A stretch of DNA of 64,000 nt from Octopus bimaculoides. Its lineage: Eukaryota. The notes under the pieces are model-generated. The model was given only the letters and a program-made list of their open reading frames with translations. It had not been told where the DNA came from and did not search any database. Numbering within the stretch: position 1 is the first letter of the stretch; every line of letters starts with the position of its first letter. Location: positions 60,167,294 through 60,231,293 of the forward strand of contig NC_068989.1 of assembly GCF_001194135.2 (NCBI RefSeq), written 5' to 3'. This document shows, one piece after another, positions 39,154 to 51,864 of the stretch. Position numbers and translations under genes: made by a program.

Positions 39154-42034
39154 ATGAGTACGCCACAACAAAAATCTAAACAAAATTGGTCTGAGAAGGA
39201 AATAGACCTGATAAATTCATGGTACTGTCTTGGTCAAACGGAGATCATAGACACATCATGCCGCGACCTAATGGCCAGACGTACAATTCAACTCTTCAGA
39301 AATCGCTCCGAAAAGCAGATTCAAAACAAACTTAAACAAATTGAAATGGCATTTAAATTAATTGACATTTTGAAAAACTCCAGCGTGTTTTCTCTTCAAA
39401 TACTTGTCAACAGCAACAACCACCACCACGGAAACAACAACAACAACCAAGGCAACAACAGTAACCACACCGGCAACAACAACAGCCACCACGGCAACAA
39501 TAACAACAACCATCAAAGCAACAACAACGACCACCGCAGCAAAAACAACAACAATCACCACAGTAACAACAACAACAACAACAACAACAACCACAGCAGG
39601 AACAACTGACCCAGCCCTAACCTTCAACACTCCTTAATTCAACCACAATTGATGACCTACTTAATGAAACGGTCAACTTCTCAGATTCCAGCTGTTCACA
39701 GCCCATTCAACCAGTTTGTTACCCACCCATCAAATCTTCAACAGCAGCAACAATTACAGTAAGAACCACAACTGCAACTTTACAACCACAGCTAAAACAA
39801 CCACCTCAAAAACAGCAACAGACACAGCTTCAAACGACTGCTATCCCATTTTGTGATCAACCAGCTAAATGCTTACTTGAAGACCCCTTAATGAATTTGC
39901 CAAACACATCATGGCAGACAGTTGTAGATACTGTAACAAATATATGCGCGAAACATACTCCATTAAGATTAGTATAGAAATCTTAGTGCAGAATCCTTAG
40001 AAATAGAAGAGCAATTATCAGAAAAATAAAAAGAATTAACAAGAAAATCAATCAACTTAAATACTGCCAGAAAAAAACTCACCCATTCGACTGCCATTGC
40101 ATCACACGAATCGAAAAAAAACACAACCTTCGAAAAAGCATGATGATCATCATTAACAGACAAAGAGCAGCTGAGGAGAGTTGGGACAGTGAGAAAATAA
40201 AACTTAATCCCAAAGTGTTCTTTTCATTTGCAAAAAAAACCCTAAAAAAACGTAAAGATGCTGTTCCCACTGTTGGTCCTCTGGTTCATGAGAACAACAC
40301 TCTACATGATGATGCAAAATCCATGTGCGAGATACTGCAGTGACAATACTGCTCTGTTTTCAGTAACGCTAATGCAGCTGATCTGGCTAGTATCAGTGAT
40401 GTAAATCCTCAACTAACCATATCCGACATACTTTTGGTGCTCCTGATATTCTAACAGAAATAGATAAGATCAAGCACAACTCGGCAGTAGGTCCCTATAA
40501 GTTCTCGGCCACTGTCCTGAATATGTGTCGATATCAAATTGCACTCCCTCTAGTTGAGCTCTAGAGAAACTTACTTGATGCAGGTTACATTCCTGATCAT
40601 TTTCTTTACCAGTCTGTTGTTCTATTCTTCAAAAAGGGAAACAAATCTCTTCCAGTGAACTACCATCCGATTTCACTCACTTCTCATATCATTAAAGTAT
40701 TTGAGAGGGTGGTGAGATCACGAATAGTTCACTTCCTCGAAGACAGCAATCTGCTGAACCCCAGGCAGCATGGTTTCCGTGATGGCAGGGACTGCTTGTC
40801 GCAGCTTCTGCACCAATTTGATGACATCCTAAAAGCAATGAAAGAAGGCTCCAACATTGACGTCATATACCTTAATTTCAAGGCATTCAACAGAATGGAC
40901 AACAAAATCCTGCTGAAGAAACTGTCCAACATTGGTGCCCGTGGAAAGCTGCTGCAGTAGATAAAGTGTTTCCTGACGAACAGAACCCAATTTGTTGTGC
41001 TTGAGGGAATACGATCCAGGTTAGCCAAAGTCAGTAGTGGTGTCCCACAAGGAACTGTGTTGGGCCCACTCCTCTTTATTATCTACATCAATGACATAGT
41101 AGACGTCATCAAACATTCTACGTTGAAAATCTTTGCAGATGATTCCAAACTCCAGAAATCCATAAACGGCATGGGAGACCGAACATGCCTTCAGTCGGAT
41201 CTGTTTGCTGTTGTCCAACGGAAAAAAAACAATATGCTTCTAAATGAAGATAAGTTCGATTCGATCCACTTTGGAAAAGAGGATACTCTGAAATTACCAT
41301 ATGTTCTTCCCTCGGGTGACTCCCTACTGTCATCCAACAAAACCAGAGACCTTGGAGTCATTTTTTATAACAATCCAAGCTGGAGTTCCCACGTAAACAG
41401 CAAGGTTGACATGGCATCAACCTTCTCTACTCTACTTTTGCCCGACCCCACCTTGAATACTGTTGCCCACTGTGGTCTCCCCATACGAAGCAACTCATTA
41501 TGAAAGTGGAAACACTCCAGAGGTCAATAACAAGAAAGATAGACGACACGAGAGGCATTGACTATTGGGGTCGACTAAAAAACTCAATCTCTACTCTCTC
41601 CAACGCTGCCGGGAGCGCTACATCATTTGTGTGATGTGCAAAATATTCCATCAATATTGCACAAATAATGCTGGCTTCAATTTTAAAATCCATTCAAGAC
41701 TTGGGCCCAGTACTATCCGGCCACTGCAAAAATCGACCTCAAGACACATAGCAACATTACGTCACAATTACTTTACCTCAACCGGTCCAGCTCTCTTGAA
41801 TACCGTACCAAAATACGTCAAAATGGAAGTGGATCCCATAAAATTCAAATATTTACTGGACAAATTTCTTCAAAAAATCCCGGACCAATCTCCTATACCC
41901 AGATATGACTCCAACAATAATAACTCTTTGTTAGAGTGGGCCATAGTGCTCCATATATGACTAAAAGACTTCACCAGGTGGTGCTATTAAGTTAGACAAT
42001 GCTTGGGCCTATACTGACCGAAACCTATCAAAGT

Positions 42035-42035
<1 letters not shown>
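39154..42035 (+). mobile_element. CR1-like LINE (inactive): upstream ORF, linker, RT and 3' tail
   Basis: NYHPISLTSHIIKVFER, QHGFRDGRDC, GVPQGTVLGPLLFIIYIND, FADD (41132-41143), RDLGV; in-frame stop at ~40958 and frameshifts. Linkage of the 39154 ORF to the element is inferred. Confidence 0.88.
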
Positions 42036-42066
<31 letters not shown>

Positions 42067-43402
42067 TATACATATACACATATATACATATATATATACA
42101 TACATATAAACATATATATATACACACACACACANNNNNNNNNNNNNNNNNNNNNNNNNNNNNNNNNNNNNNNNNNNNNNNNNNNNNNNNNNNNNNNNNN
42201 NNNNNNNNNNNNNNNNNTATATATATACATATATAAACATATATATACATATATGCATACATATAATTATCAAACAGGACGTCAAACATTAAGGCAAGGC
42301 AAATAATATAAAATACTATTACAGGAAGAAATGCAAAATCTTACAGCTGTTTGTGGGATATCCTCGAGTATGGGATATTCCATCAACAGAGACAAATTGG
42401 GGGGGAAATGTGTGGAAAATGAGAATGGTGTATATCAATAAGATGACAACATAGAAGAAGGGGATAAAAAAATAAGGAGATGGAACATTTCTTCCTGTAA
42501 TAATATTGTATACGATTTGCCTTGCCTTAATGTTTGACGTCCTGTTTAACAATTATATATACCGTCTCGGCTATAACCTTGGAGCCCCACTAATCCCTTA
42601 CAGCACTTACTTAGCGTTTAGATCACCTGTGAACTAAACCCCCATACTTTGTATATATATCTATACATAAGTTAGATGTTAGAGCTCTTGAAAGAAGTGT
42701 CCCCAAAGAAACTGACGCACCTTGTATATTAAATGATGTATAACTACACCTTCTTGCATTTGTTATATAATTACACTTCTATTATTTGCATCTAAAAATG
42801 CTGCATTAGCTGCACCAATGTATCGTCAGAAATTTTTTACGTATTCAAAATATTATTATAGCTTAATATATTAAATTCTCAGATTATTAGATATTTCTAA
42901 AATATGAATTGCTCGAAGGCATAACACATTAACCACAATAGGCATTATGTGCATGACTCAGGTTAAAAGTCACGCCCCTATGCTTATATCAGATATTCAC
43001 AGATCTACTATATTATAGATATATCTCAATCTAAGTACGCATATTTCCTATTTTCCTTAGTGTCTAGAAGGCTGTTTGCTTTAATCAATATATATATTTA
43101 ATCTAAGTCACTCCGTTTTGGCAGTGGTGTTGGATGTTTTCCATATAATAGATTCAACTGATAAGTTTTGTCCCTGTCGACAATTCTGTTCATACAGTTT
43201 TACTTGTTATGACTTCATTCTTACTTATTGTTTTACCGAATTTAACTTGTGGTGGAGGTTTTTATATTTCAGAAATACTTCACCTTTTATCTCTGTATGT
43301 GTCTGAGCTATCAATCTCGAATTACGAGTATAATCCACGAAAAGTTTGAGAGAATTTTAAAGTCAATCGGTTATAAGACCTTTATTGATATATTTCACGT
43401 TG

Positions 43403-43788
43403 TTTGTTTGTTGGCACTCCGTCGCTTACGACGTCGAGGGTTCCAGTCGATCCGATCAACGGAACAGCCTGCTCGTGAAATTAACGTGCAAGTGGCTGAG
43501 CACTCCACAGCCACGTGTACCCTTAACGTAGTTCTCGGGGATATTCAGCGTGACGCAGTGTGACAAGGCTGGCCCTTTGAAATACAGGTACAACAGAAAC
43601 AGGAAGAAAGTGTGAGAGAAAGTTGTGGTGGAAGAGTACAGCAGGGTTCGCCACCATCCCCTGCCGGAGCCTCGTGGAGCTTTAGGTGTTTTCGCTCAAT
43701 AAACACTCACAACGCCCGGTCTGGGAATCGAAACCGCGATCCTATGATTGCGAGTCCGCTGCCCTAACTACTGGGCCATTGCGCCTCC
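43403..43788 (-). mobile_element. SINE-A full-length copy
   Basis: Perfect 12-bp TSD tatttcacgttg at 43391-43402 and 43789-43800. Confidence 0.95.
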
Positions 43789-45246
43789 TATTTCACGTTG
43801 TAATCATATAATAAATAATCTAATAAATAAAATACCGGACTGCGTGTATCTAAATGAGTTTATTACTTGGCGGTTAGCATTGTATAGTAAGTAGTAAGCT
43901 CCTTATAGTGAAAGCAGTAATCGGGTTTCAGTTCAAGGTTATAGGCTCTGCAGTATATTTACACACCAAACAATAGTGTAATAGGCTCAAACGCCACAAA
44001 GCATTAAGCCTCCCCTCGTATTACCTCTTATTACTTTAATGTTGAATGACACAAATGATGTTATTCGACATGTTTTCTCGTGATAAACGCTTCACTTAAG
44101 GTATCTGCCCGGCCTGCCTGTAAATCTTCATTGGATGGAACAAGAAAAGAACCCATGATTTTGACAAAGCCCTTATTGGTTACCCGTCTCTTGTCACACG
44201 CCTGTTGAATGGATGAGGCGGAAACATGCAGCAAAGTTTTATCATATAGACAAATAGGCGCTCTCGAATCTCGAATAGGACGCAAATCAGTTTCTGGGTA
44301 GAGTCGTTAGATGGATACGGAATCTGACAAGTGATGACCCATTATCCTGTGAAGCGCTGTTGAGCGAAAGGATTGCAAATGAAAAAATATATATGAATGA
44401 AAATAAATATCTAAATAAACGTGCATTATTATAATTCTAGAGAGTCAAAAATACGAATTCTTTATTCCCAGGGAATATCTTAAAATGAATTTGATAAAAA
44501 GATTAAATGTGCAATTCCGACAAACTTAATACGTTTACAAGACATCAAAGCTGACTTAAATCAAGACAGACCTGAATGTAATCGTGTTATAACATTAAGA
44601 CCAGATTGAGAATTTAAGCAACCCAGTTTTAAAAACGACTTAGTAACATTGTCTGAATGAGTTGCCGTAGACAGAGCAAGGCGCCTCTTTCANNNNNNNN
44701 NNNNNNNNNNNNNNNNNNNNNNNNNNNNNNNNNNNNNNNNNNNNNNNNNNNNNNNNNNNNNNNNNNNNNNNNNNNNNNNNNNNNNNNNNNNNNNNNNNNN
44801 NNNNNNNNNNNNNNNNNNNNNNNNNNNNNNNNNNNNNNNNNNNNNNNNNNNNNNNNNNNNNNNNNNNNNNNNNNNNNNNNNNNNNNNNNNNNNNNNNNNN
44901 NNNNNNNNNNNNNNNNNNNNNNNNNNNNNNNNNNNNNNNNNNNNNNNNNNNNNNNNNNNNNNNNNNNNNNNNNNNNNNNNNNNNNNNNNNNNNNNNNNNN
45001 NNNNNNNNNNNNNNNNNNNNNNNNNNNNNNNNNNNNNNNNNNNNNNNNNNNNNNNNNNNNNNNNNNNNNNNNNNNNNNNNNNNNNNNNNNNNNNNNNNNN
45101 NNNNNNNNNNNNNNNNNNNNNNNNNNNNNNNNNNNNNNNNNNNNNNNNNNNNNNNNNNNNNNNNNNNNNNNNNNNNNNNNNNNNNNNNNNNNNNNNNNNN
45201 NNNNNNNNNNNNNNNNNNNNNNNNNNNNNNNNNNNNNNNNNNNNNN

Positions 45247-45597
45247 ACTCTTTTACTTGTCATTGACAGCGGCCATACTGAAGAACCGCCTTTAGTTGAG
45301 TAAATCAACCCCAGGACTTATTCTTTGTAAGCCTAGTACTTATTCTATCGGTCTCTTTTGCCGAACCGCTAAGTTACGGGGACGTAAACACACCACCATC
45401 GGTTGTCAAGCGATGTTGGGGGGACAAACACAGACACAGAAACACATATATATATACATATACATATACATATATACGACGGGCTTCTTTCAGTTTCCGT
45501 CTACCAAATCCACTCACAAGGCTTTGGTCGGCCCGAGGCTATTGTAGAAGACACTCACCCAAGGTGCCACGCAGTGGGACTGAATCCGGAACCATGT
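45247..45597 (-). mobile_element. SINE-C copy lacking the 5' end of its head
   Basis: Matches 48475-48925 throughout, including the internal microsatellite. Confidence 0.88.
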
Positions 45598-47224
45598 GTG
45601 TGTATGTGTGTGTATGTATACATGTATATATATATATATATATAAAATTCAAATAAGTTATCAATATCTATAAAAATAATGATAAAGTGGTCAGCAAACA
45701 TAATACAAATAAGCAACATATATAATAAAAAGTCGGGGTACATTATGTAACCTATAATCCACTCTAAATGTTTCTCTATTTATAACCTCAGGTCGAATGC
45801 GATGGACTATATACGCGCGAAACGCATGTATATGTTGGCATCTGTACGAATATATTTATAAGTATGTATATGTATTTCCCGCTTATATATTTGTCGCTGT
45901 ACCTCTACTGAGGATTGCAAAGTAAACTTTATTACAGAGCATGAAATCTTAAGATATAGGATTATCCGAAATTTTGTAAATCTTCTTGGTTATTATCTCG
46001 CATTCGACCAGGATTTATAAATAAAGAAAAAAAGTAGAGTGGATTGTAAAGTATTTGAAATGTATTTCTGGCGTATAGGCGCTAGCATTCCAGCTCGTTT
46101 AATTATAATTATATTTCTATAATTATATACCTAAAAATTAATTTTACCGATATGGTCATATGAGAGAGAGAGAGAGAGGGTTGAGGGAGAGAAAGAGAAT
46201 TTAAACATGGATGCAATGGAATATGTTTTAATAAGAATCCTCGAAAGTGAAGATCAGTGACTGAGAAACGATAGATGGTAAATTGACGAACTGGCAGTGT
46301 AGTTATAACGTTGGATGAACTGTCATTGTTCAGGCTGTCTTGGTCTGAGTTCAATTTCCGTGGATGTTAGCTTTACTTGTTATTCTTTTGGACTCGATTA
46401 AAAAATATACAGGCGGAATCGTTAAAGTTTGGTAAAAGGTTCGTTGTGGTATTTGTTTTGGATGTTTGTGTCTGTAACCGGGGTGGAAGTGTAAGTGGAG
46501 ACTTAATCTATGAAGCAGTTACTTCACCTAGCACTCAAACTTTCTATCAAGTTGAGGATCTATCAGGTTGAGGATTACTTCCGAAATTCCTCACTGAATT
46601 TCAAAAATAATTGTGATCCTGCTAAACAATTGAATAGAGAATGTCAAGTTTTTTTTTATTAATTAGGCACAAAAGCGGATTATACATGAAACATCCATGT
46701 CACGTGATGTAGATGCATAAGAATGAGAAGGAATCTGGTGGGGAATTCTGTTTAGAAGGTGTGAAGGAATTGTGCTAAATGAAACCGTGATGAATGCAAA
46801 CTATGAGAAAACTGAAGTTGTACATCAGGAAAATATTGGTAGTTAATGAGTGTTACTAATTTAAAGAATAAAGCTTAAATACAAGGTGGGAATTAAATGG
46901 CAGGGTAAAAGGATTAATGAATGATAAAAGCAAAGACAAATACAGTCGTAAGATTACTCAAGAGTAAAATGAAGAAAAAAAAAAGAACCTGCTGAAGTAG
47001 ATAAATAGACGGGTCGAAACATAATTTTAATCAATGTCAATCACGAACAAGTAAAAGAATTGATGTTAAGCATAAATACAAAACATTGGGGTATCGATAT
47101 TTGTAATACGGTAGTCAGAAAACTATATAAGCGAGATGGGTGTTTACTGGAAAATGCTAAGCTAATAAGAGGATAATGAAGACATTTCTGGTATGTCGTT
47201 ACATGGAAGATTCAATCTTAATAT

Positions 47225-47256
47225 ACATAATTCCTCATCTCTTAAATACAGAACTA
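47225..47256 (+). mobile_element. Solo end of the Penelope-like terminal repeat
   Basis: cataattcctcatctcttaaatacagaact matches 33185-33215 and 54945-54975. Confidence 0.6.
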
Positions 47257-47992
47257 CAGAAGTGTTCGTGATGTGGCGCCTCCAAGGACACTCAAGGTTC
47301 TGTTGGAACTAGGAAACCATCTCTTCTTCAGGCAAGCCTATGTTCTCAATTTGCCAGAAGTACTGTTCGAACTATTCAATGAGTAAAGCCTAAGCATAGA
47401 TTTGGCCTGTCAGTGTCTTTAATCTTAGGGATTCAGTATAAGAAAATATTCATAACCATCACGATTTTATGTTTCTGAAGAACTAATATTCTTGTGTGTG
47501 TGTTGATGTTTTTAAATAACTGATTTAACGTTTCCTGGAAAGAAAGACTCATGTCTCTCTTCCTCCGAAAATCAAAACAAAAACAGTATTGTTATTACTT
47601 TATTCGGAGAAGTAATTATATAAATTACGTCAAAGAAATAAAATTCAAGGAAGTCTACGTTAAGAAAATTAAGAATATATTTTGGCAAAGCAAGATTAAT
47701 TGGAATAAATTTCGATTTCCTTTAATATATCGAAGCAAAAAAAGAATGCTTTGAGCAAAAAAAAAAAATGTCTGTCGTTGCAGTTATTAAGAAAAACAAA
47801 ACAATGGAATTTAATTTAAATAGGCAATAGAATAGTCATTTTCTATCTGCGAAAGTTTGAATTTTTCAAACTCATGAGGAAAAATTAATGTAAAGTGGTA
47901 TTTTATAAACATAATAGATATGTCTGAAGTGGAAAATAATTTGTCTGTAGCCTCAGATCATAGAAGATATAACGTAAACTACTCGAGATATT

Positions 47993-48211
47993 ATATTGGT
48001 TTCAAGTTTAGGCACAAGACCAGCAATTTCGAGCGAGTAGTTAAGTCGATTACAAGGACCCCAATACTCAATTGCTATTTATTTTATCGAGCCCAAAATG
48101 ATGAAGGTAAGGTCGAACACGGCGGGATTTGAACTCTGAACGTAGAGACTGACGAAAGGCCACTAAGCAGTTTGCTCATCCTGCTAATGATTTTGTCCGA
48201 TCGCTGCCTTA
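47993..48211 (-). mobile_element. SINE-B complete copy
   Basis: ggcacaagaccagc..attttatcgagcccaaaatgatgaagg..gggatttgaactctg..tcgctgcctta. Confidence 0.8.
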
Positions 48212-48474
48212 CTCGTGGATGTATTAAGATGCAATACTTGATAAGTCACTAATATTGTTGAGACTAAGAACAGCGTCAATTGTATTTCCTTTCGCCCATT
48301 AAAAGAAAGTGAAGGTCCTGCGAAAATAAAGACACGGTGAATGGAATCCTTGGTCCTGTATGTTTTTCGAGTTATTTCAATCCCATTATGTAGCCATTTA
48401 CCCAGTGGAGATACATTCCATTGTAGAGTGCTCTTTGAGGCAGTTTGACAGTGTGGATGGCGGAGTTGAAAATG

Positions 48475-48678
48475 TTACTCTTTTACTCGTTTCAGTCATT
48501 TGACTGCGGCCATGCTGGAGCACCGCCTTTAGTCGAGCAAATCGACCCCAGGACTTATTTTTTGGAAGCCTAGTACTTATTCTATCGGTCTCTTTTGCCG
48601 AACCGCTAAGTTACGGGGACATAAACGCACCACCATCGGTTGTCAAGTGATGTTGGGGGGACAAACACAGACACACAA

Positions 48679-48749
<71 letters not shown>

Positions 48750-48925
48750 CACAGTCATATATACAACGGGCTTCTTTCAGTTTCCGTCTACCAAATCCAC
48801 TCACAAGGCTTTGGTCGGCCCGAGGATATAGTAGAAGACACTTGCCCAAGGTGCCATACAGTGGTAATGAACCCGGAACCATGTGGCTTGTAAGCAAGTT
48901 ACTTACCACACAGCCACTCCTACGC
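48475..48925 (-). mobile_element. SINE-C full-length (tRNA head, CORE-like block, internal microsatellite, tail)
   Basis: Sense strand: AGGAGTGGCTGTGTGGT A-box, GGTTCATTACC B-box-like, GCACCTTGGGCAAGT (shares ACCTTGGGCAAGT with the MIR CORE), (TA)n(TG)n, (AAAAGAGT)-type tail. Confidence 0.9.
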
Positions 48926-49597
48926 TAAATGTTGGCAATTAATGCACTATAATGGCAATTCCACCAGCTCTCCCTGGCTTTTCTGCACGGCTCTTGGCCT
49001 GAACAGCTACTTCATGAACCAGCACGCTTCGCACTCATCAAGATGAAGATATATTCGGATACGAGTTAACGCCGACGACGAATCGATATAGCGTTGTCCT
49101 GTTGACTAAGATATTTGAATCTGAAGTATCTTAAGCACTCTGTATATATCAAGATATCCCATAAAGAAAGTGTTACTCATTAGTGCAAGGAAAAGCGGCA
49201 AAACTATAAAAACTGCATTGTTGTCTTGTAGTAACCTTGACATATGGTATATGATTCATAACAGAATAGCGCTTCTTATGATAACCACTGAATTGTCTAG
49301 TTAATTTGGTTTTCTTTGTTGTTTAGCTCAAGGTAGTCAAGATTGAGAAATCCTGTGATCTAAGGCATTCCAACCGTGACCGTCTCTTTTAAATTTAAAT
49401 ATAATATTGGATATTTACACTTTTCTCTAATACTGAAGTATATAAATGTTCGATCCTGAAGCATATAAATGTTTTCGTTCCTTCCCATAAAATAAACTTT
49501 TAAATTTCCCAAGAGCTTTAAAATCACAAGCAGTCTAGTCATAAAGGGTAAATAATTGATCAAACGTTGACAACATAGTTATTACACACACTCTCTT

Positions 49598-49629
<32 letters not shown>

Positions 49630-49719
49630 CCTCTCTCTCACACACACACACAAATATATGCGTATATGTGTGTGCATGCATACATATATGTATGCATGCG
49701 TATGCATATACATACATAC

Positions 49720-50200
49720 TTATATAAACGTGATTAAGTGGAAAGTAATTGAGAAATCTATACCTTATGTTAATGGATCGAATAAATGTAAGCTTTGCTT
49801 AGCTAAAAGAGCGCAGATCCTGTTCAGATCTAAGATCCCTAACTCTCTACTGAACTCTAGGTCAGAAGTTTTCAGCAGTTGCAAGCATGTGCATAAATAT
49901 ATTTTGAAGAGTTGAAAAATTCCACCAATTCCCGACTAACTTGTTGAAATCTTTCCAGCCTTATAATTTAACGTCTAAGGAGTATCGATCTTTTACCTTT
50001 TTACTTTTTATTTTTGAGTTTTCGTTTTCCGTGTTTTACCTTCTGCGTTTTCTATATGCTGCCTTCACAATTCCTTTAGTTCGGTATGTTATGTGGTTTG
50101 TGCCTGAAGAATGATTCAGATATTTCTCAACATATGAAACTATTACTTGCACTTAAAGACGTGTATTGTGTCATTTATATAAATATTTATCTCTCACCAG
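49720..50200 (+). mobile_element. Penelope-like 3' end (second PLE family) with hammerhead-like motif
   Basis: IKWKVIEKSIPY..KCKLCLAK..LLNSRSEVFSSCKHVHK resembles PLE GIY-YIG C-termini (W.I.....Y...C.LC..EK..LN.R.E...CRH). Confidence 0.7.
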
Positions 50201-50974
50201 ATGGATTACTTTTTCTGTTGAATTTTCTATCACGGAACAGTACATTATATATATATACAATGAACCGCAAAAGAAACTCGATTTTTTCAAATGTCATTTT
50301 TATATGGTAAATTTCGAAAATTTCTTTCGGGGATGTAAGTGTAAATGTTCTAAGAAATACTGGTTTATGGCTGAGACCCAAATTGCAGGTAACGTTTCAA
50401 CTTTCCCTGAAACAGTCGCACGTTCATCTCGTGGAGGTTATGTGTATAAACACAGACTTGAACCGCGTTTCTGGAATTCGCAATTTGAACGAGTAAGATG
50501 TTTGTGCCTTGTGTGGGACGTTGTGTGTGATTTGTGATTGCTGGTGTTGGTTTGCAGTTGGATGTCTTTTTAGGGGGGTACCTCTTGAATCCCTTCTTTT
50601 TCTCTTTGGTTCCACCTCGACGCTGCTTTCGGTTGGTGTTGTTTCCGTTTGGGTTTCTTCCTTCGGGCTCTTTTCGAGTTGCATTGCTGTTGTCTCGGTA
50701 CGACTAGCCGCCAAGAAATTGGGTTGCTGTCGTCCTGCTCGAAGGCCTGTCCTCACCGCCCGCTACTGTCAGTCACGACTACAGTTGGCTACACATAAAT
50801 ATATAAATACATGCGTACATACATACATAGAATTGAAAAGAGATGAAGAGAGAGAGAGAGAGAGAGAGGGGGGGATTAAGACGAGAAGCAGGAAGAAAGG
50901 ATAGTGTCTGTTAATTCAAGAAATATGTACCTTATTAAAAGAATTTCGAACTTTTAACGCTGGAATTTTTTCTA

Positions 50975-51286
50975 CTTCTTGAAGCCATTTGACAGCGGCC
51001 ACGTTGGAAAACCGTCTTTTTTAGTCGAATGAATTTAGCTTTGTGCTTATTCTTTTCTAAAAGCCTGATAACTGTTCCAAAGATTTCTTTTAGTGAACCG
51101 CTAGTTACAGAGAACCGATAAGTTACAGTGAGGGACAAACATAGACAGAAGGAAACGCACACACATATTAATTAATACGACAGCCTTCTTTCAGTTTTCC
51201 ACTCACAAGGCTAAAGTAGAAGACACTTGCCCGAGGTGCCACGCAGCGGGACTGAGCCCAATTTCTTACTACAGAGCCACTCCTAC
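50975..51286 (-). mobile_element. Degenerate SINE-C copy
   Basis: gaagacacttgcccgaggtgccacgcagcgggactgagccc..cagagccactcctac. Confidence 0.75.
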
Positions 51287-51864
51287 ATTTTTACTAGAAT
51301 ACTTTCTAATAAGGCCTTTGATTGAATAGTTACTGATAAGGCCGTATCTGTATAGCGGCTCTCAAAGCATATGGTCCTCTTTGTTAATTAAATGATTTTA
51401 TTACAAAAATATGAGAAATATGTTAATTCGGGATGTTCGATTAATCTGTTGTGGAAGTTATCGTTGTTGTTGTGTAGCCCGAAGTCAAGCCTAACTGAGT
51501 AGAGCAATGATCAAATGTATTCCATTTATGACCATCCTGTCGGCATGGATTATTAGGAATACATTATTCAACATTTCTTAACTATTTCAAAACTGCGTGG
51601 TGCAATTCAAGAGGAGGTGCAGCTAACTATTTTTAGTATATCGTATGATAATATAGAGTGCCACTCGTAAGCTTGAATTAATGTTGTGAAGTGCCGAAGT
51701 TGCAATCTGAGTGAAAGTAATCCTTTGTAAATACGTTTTTAACATTTGATAAATGAAAGAATGTTAACCTCGTTCTTCTTTCTTGTCAAACAATTTGATC
51801 ATGGCAGAAATCGTTATTGAAAAACAACTGAAACAAAATTAAATCATTTCCTAATACAATTAAT

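Noticed and set aside
39358-39637. Mucin-like Thr-rich or poly-Val host protein
   Set aside because: Alternative frames of the (AAC)n tract within the LINE-associated ORF; no signal peptide or splice context.
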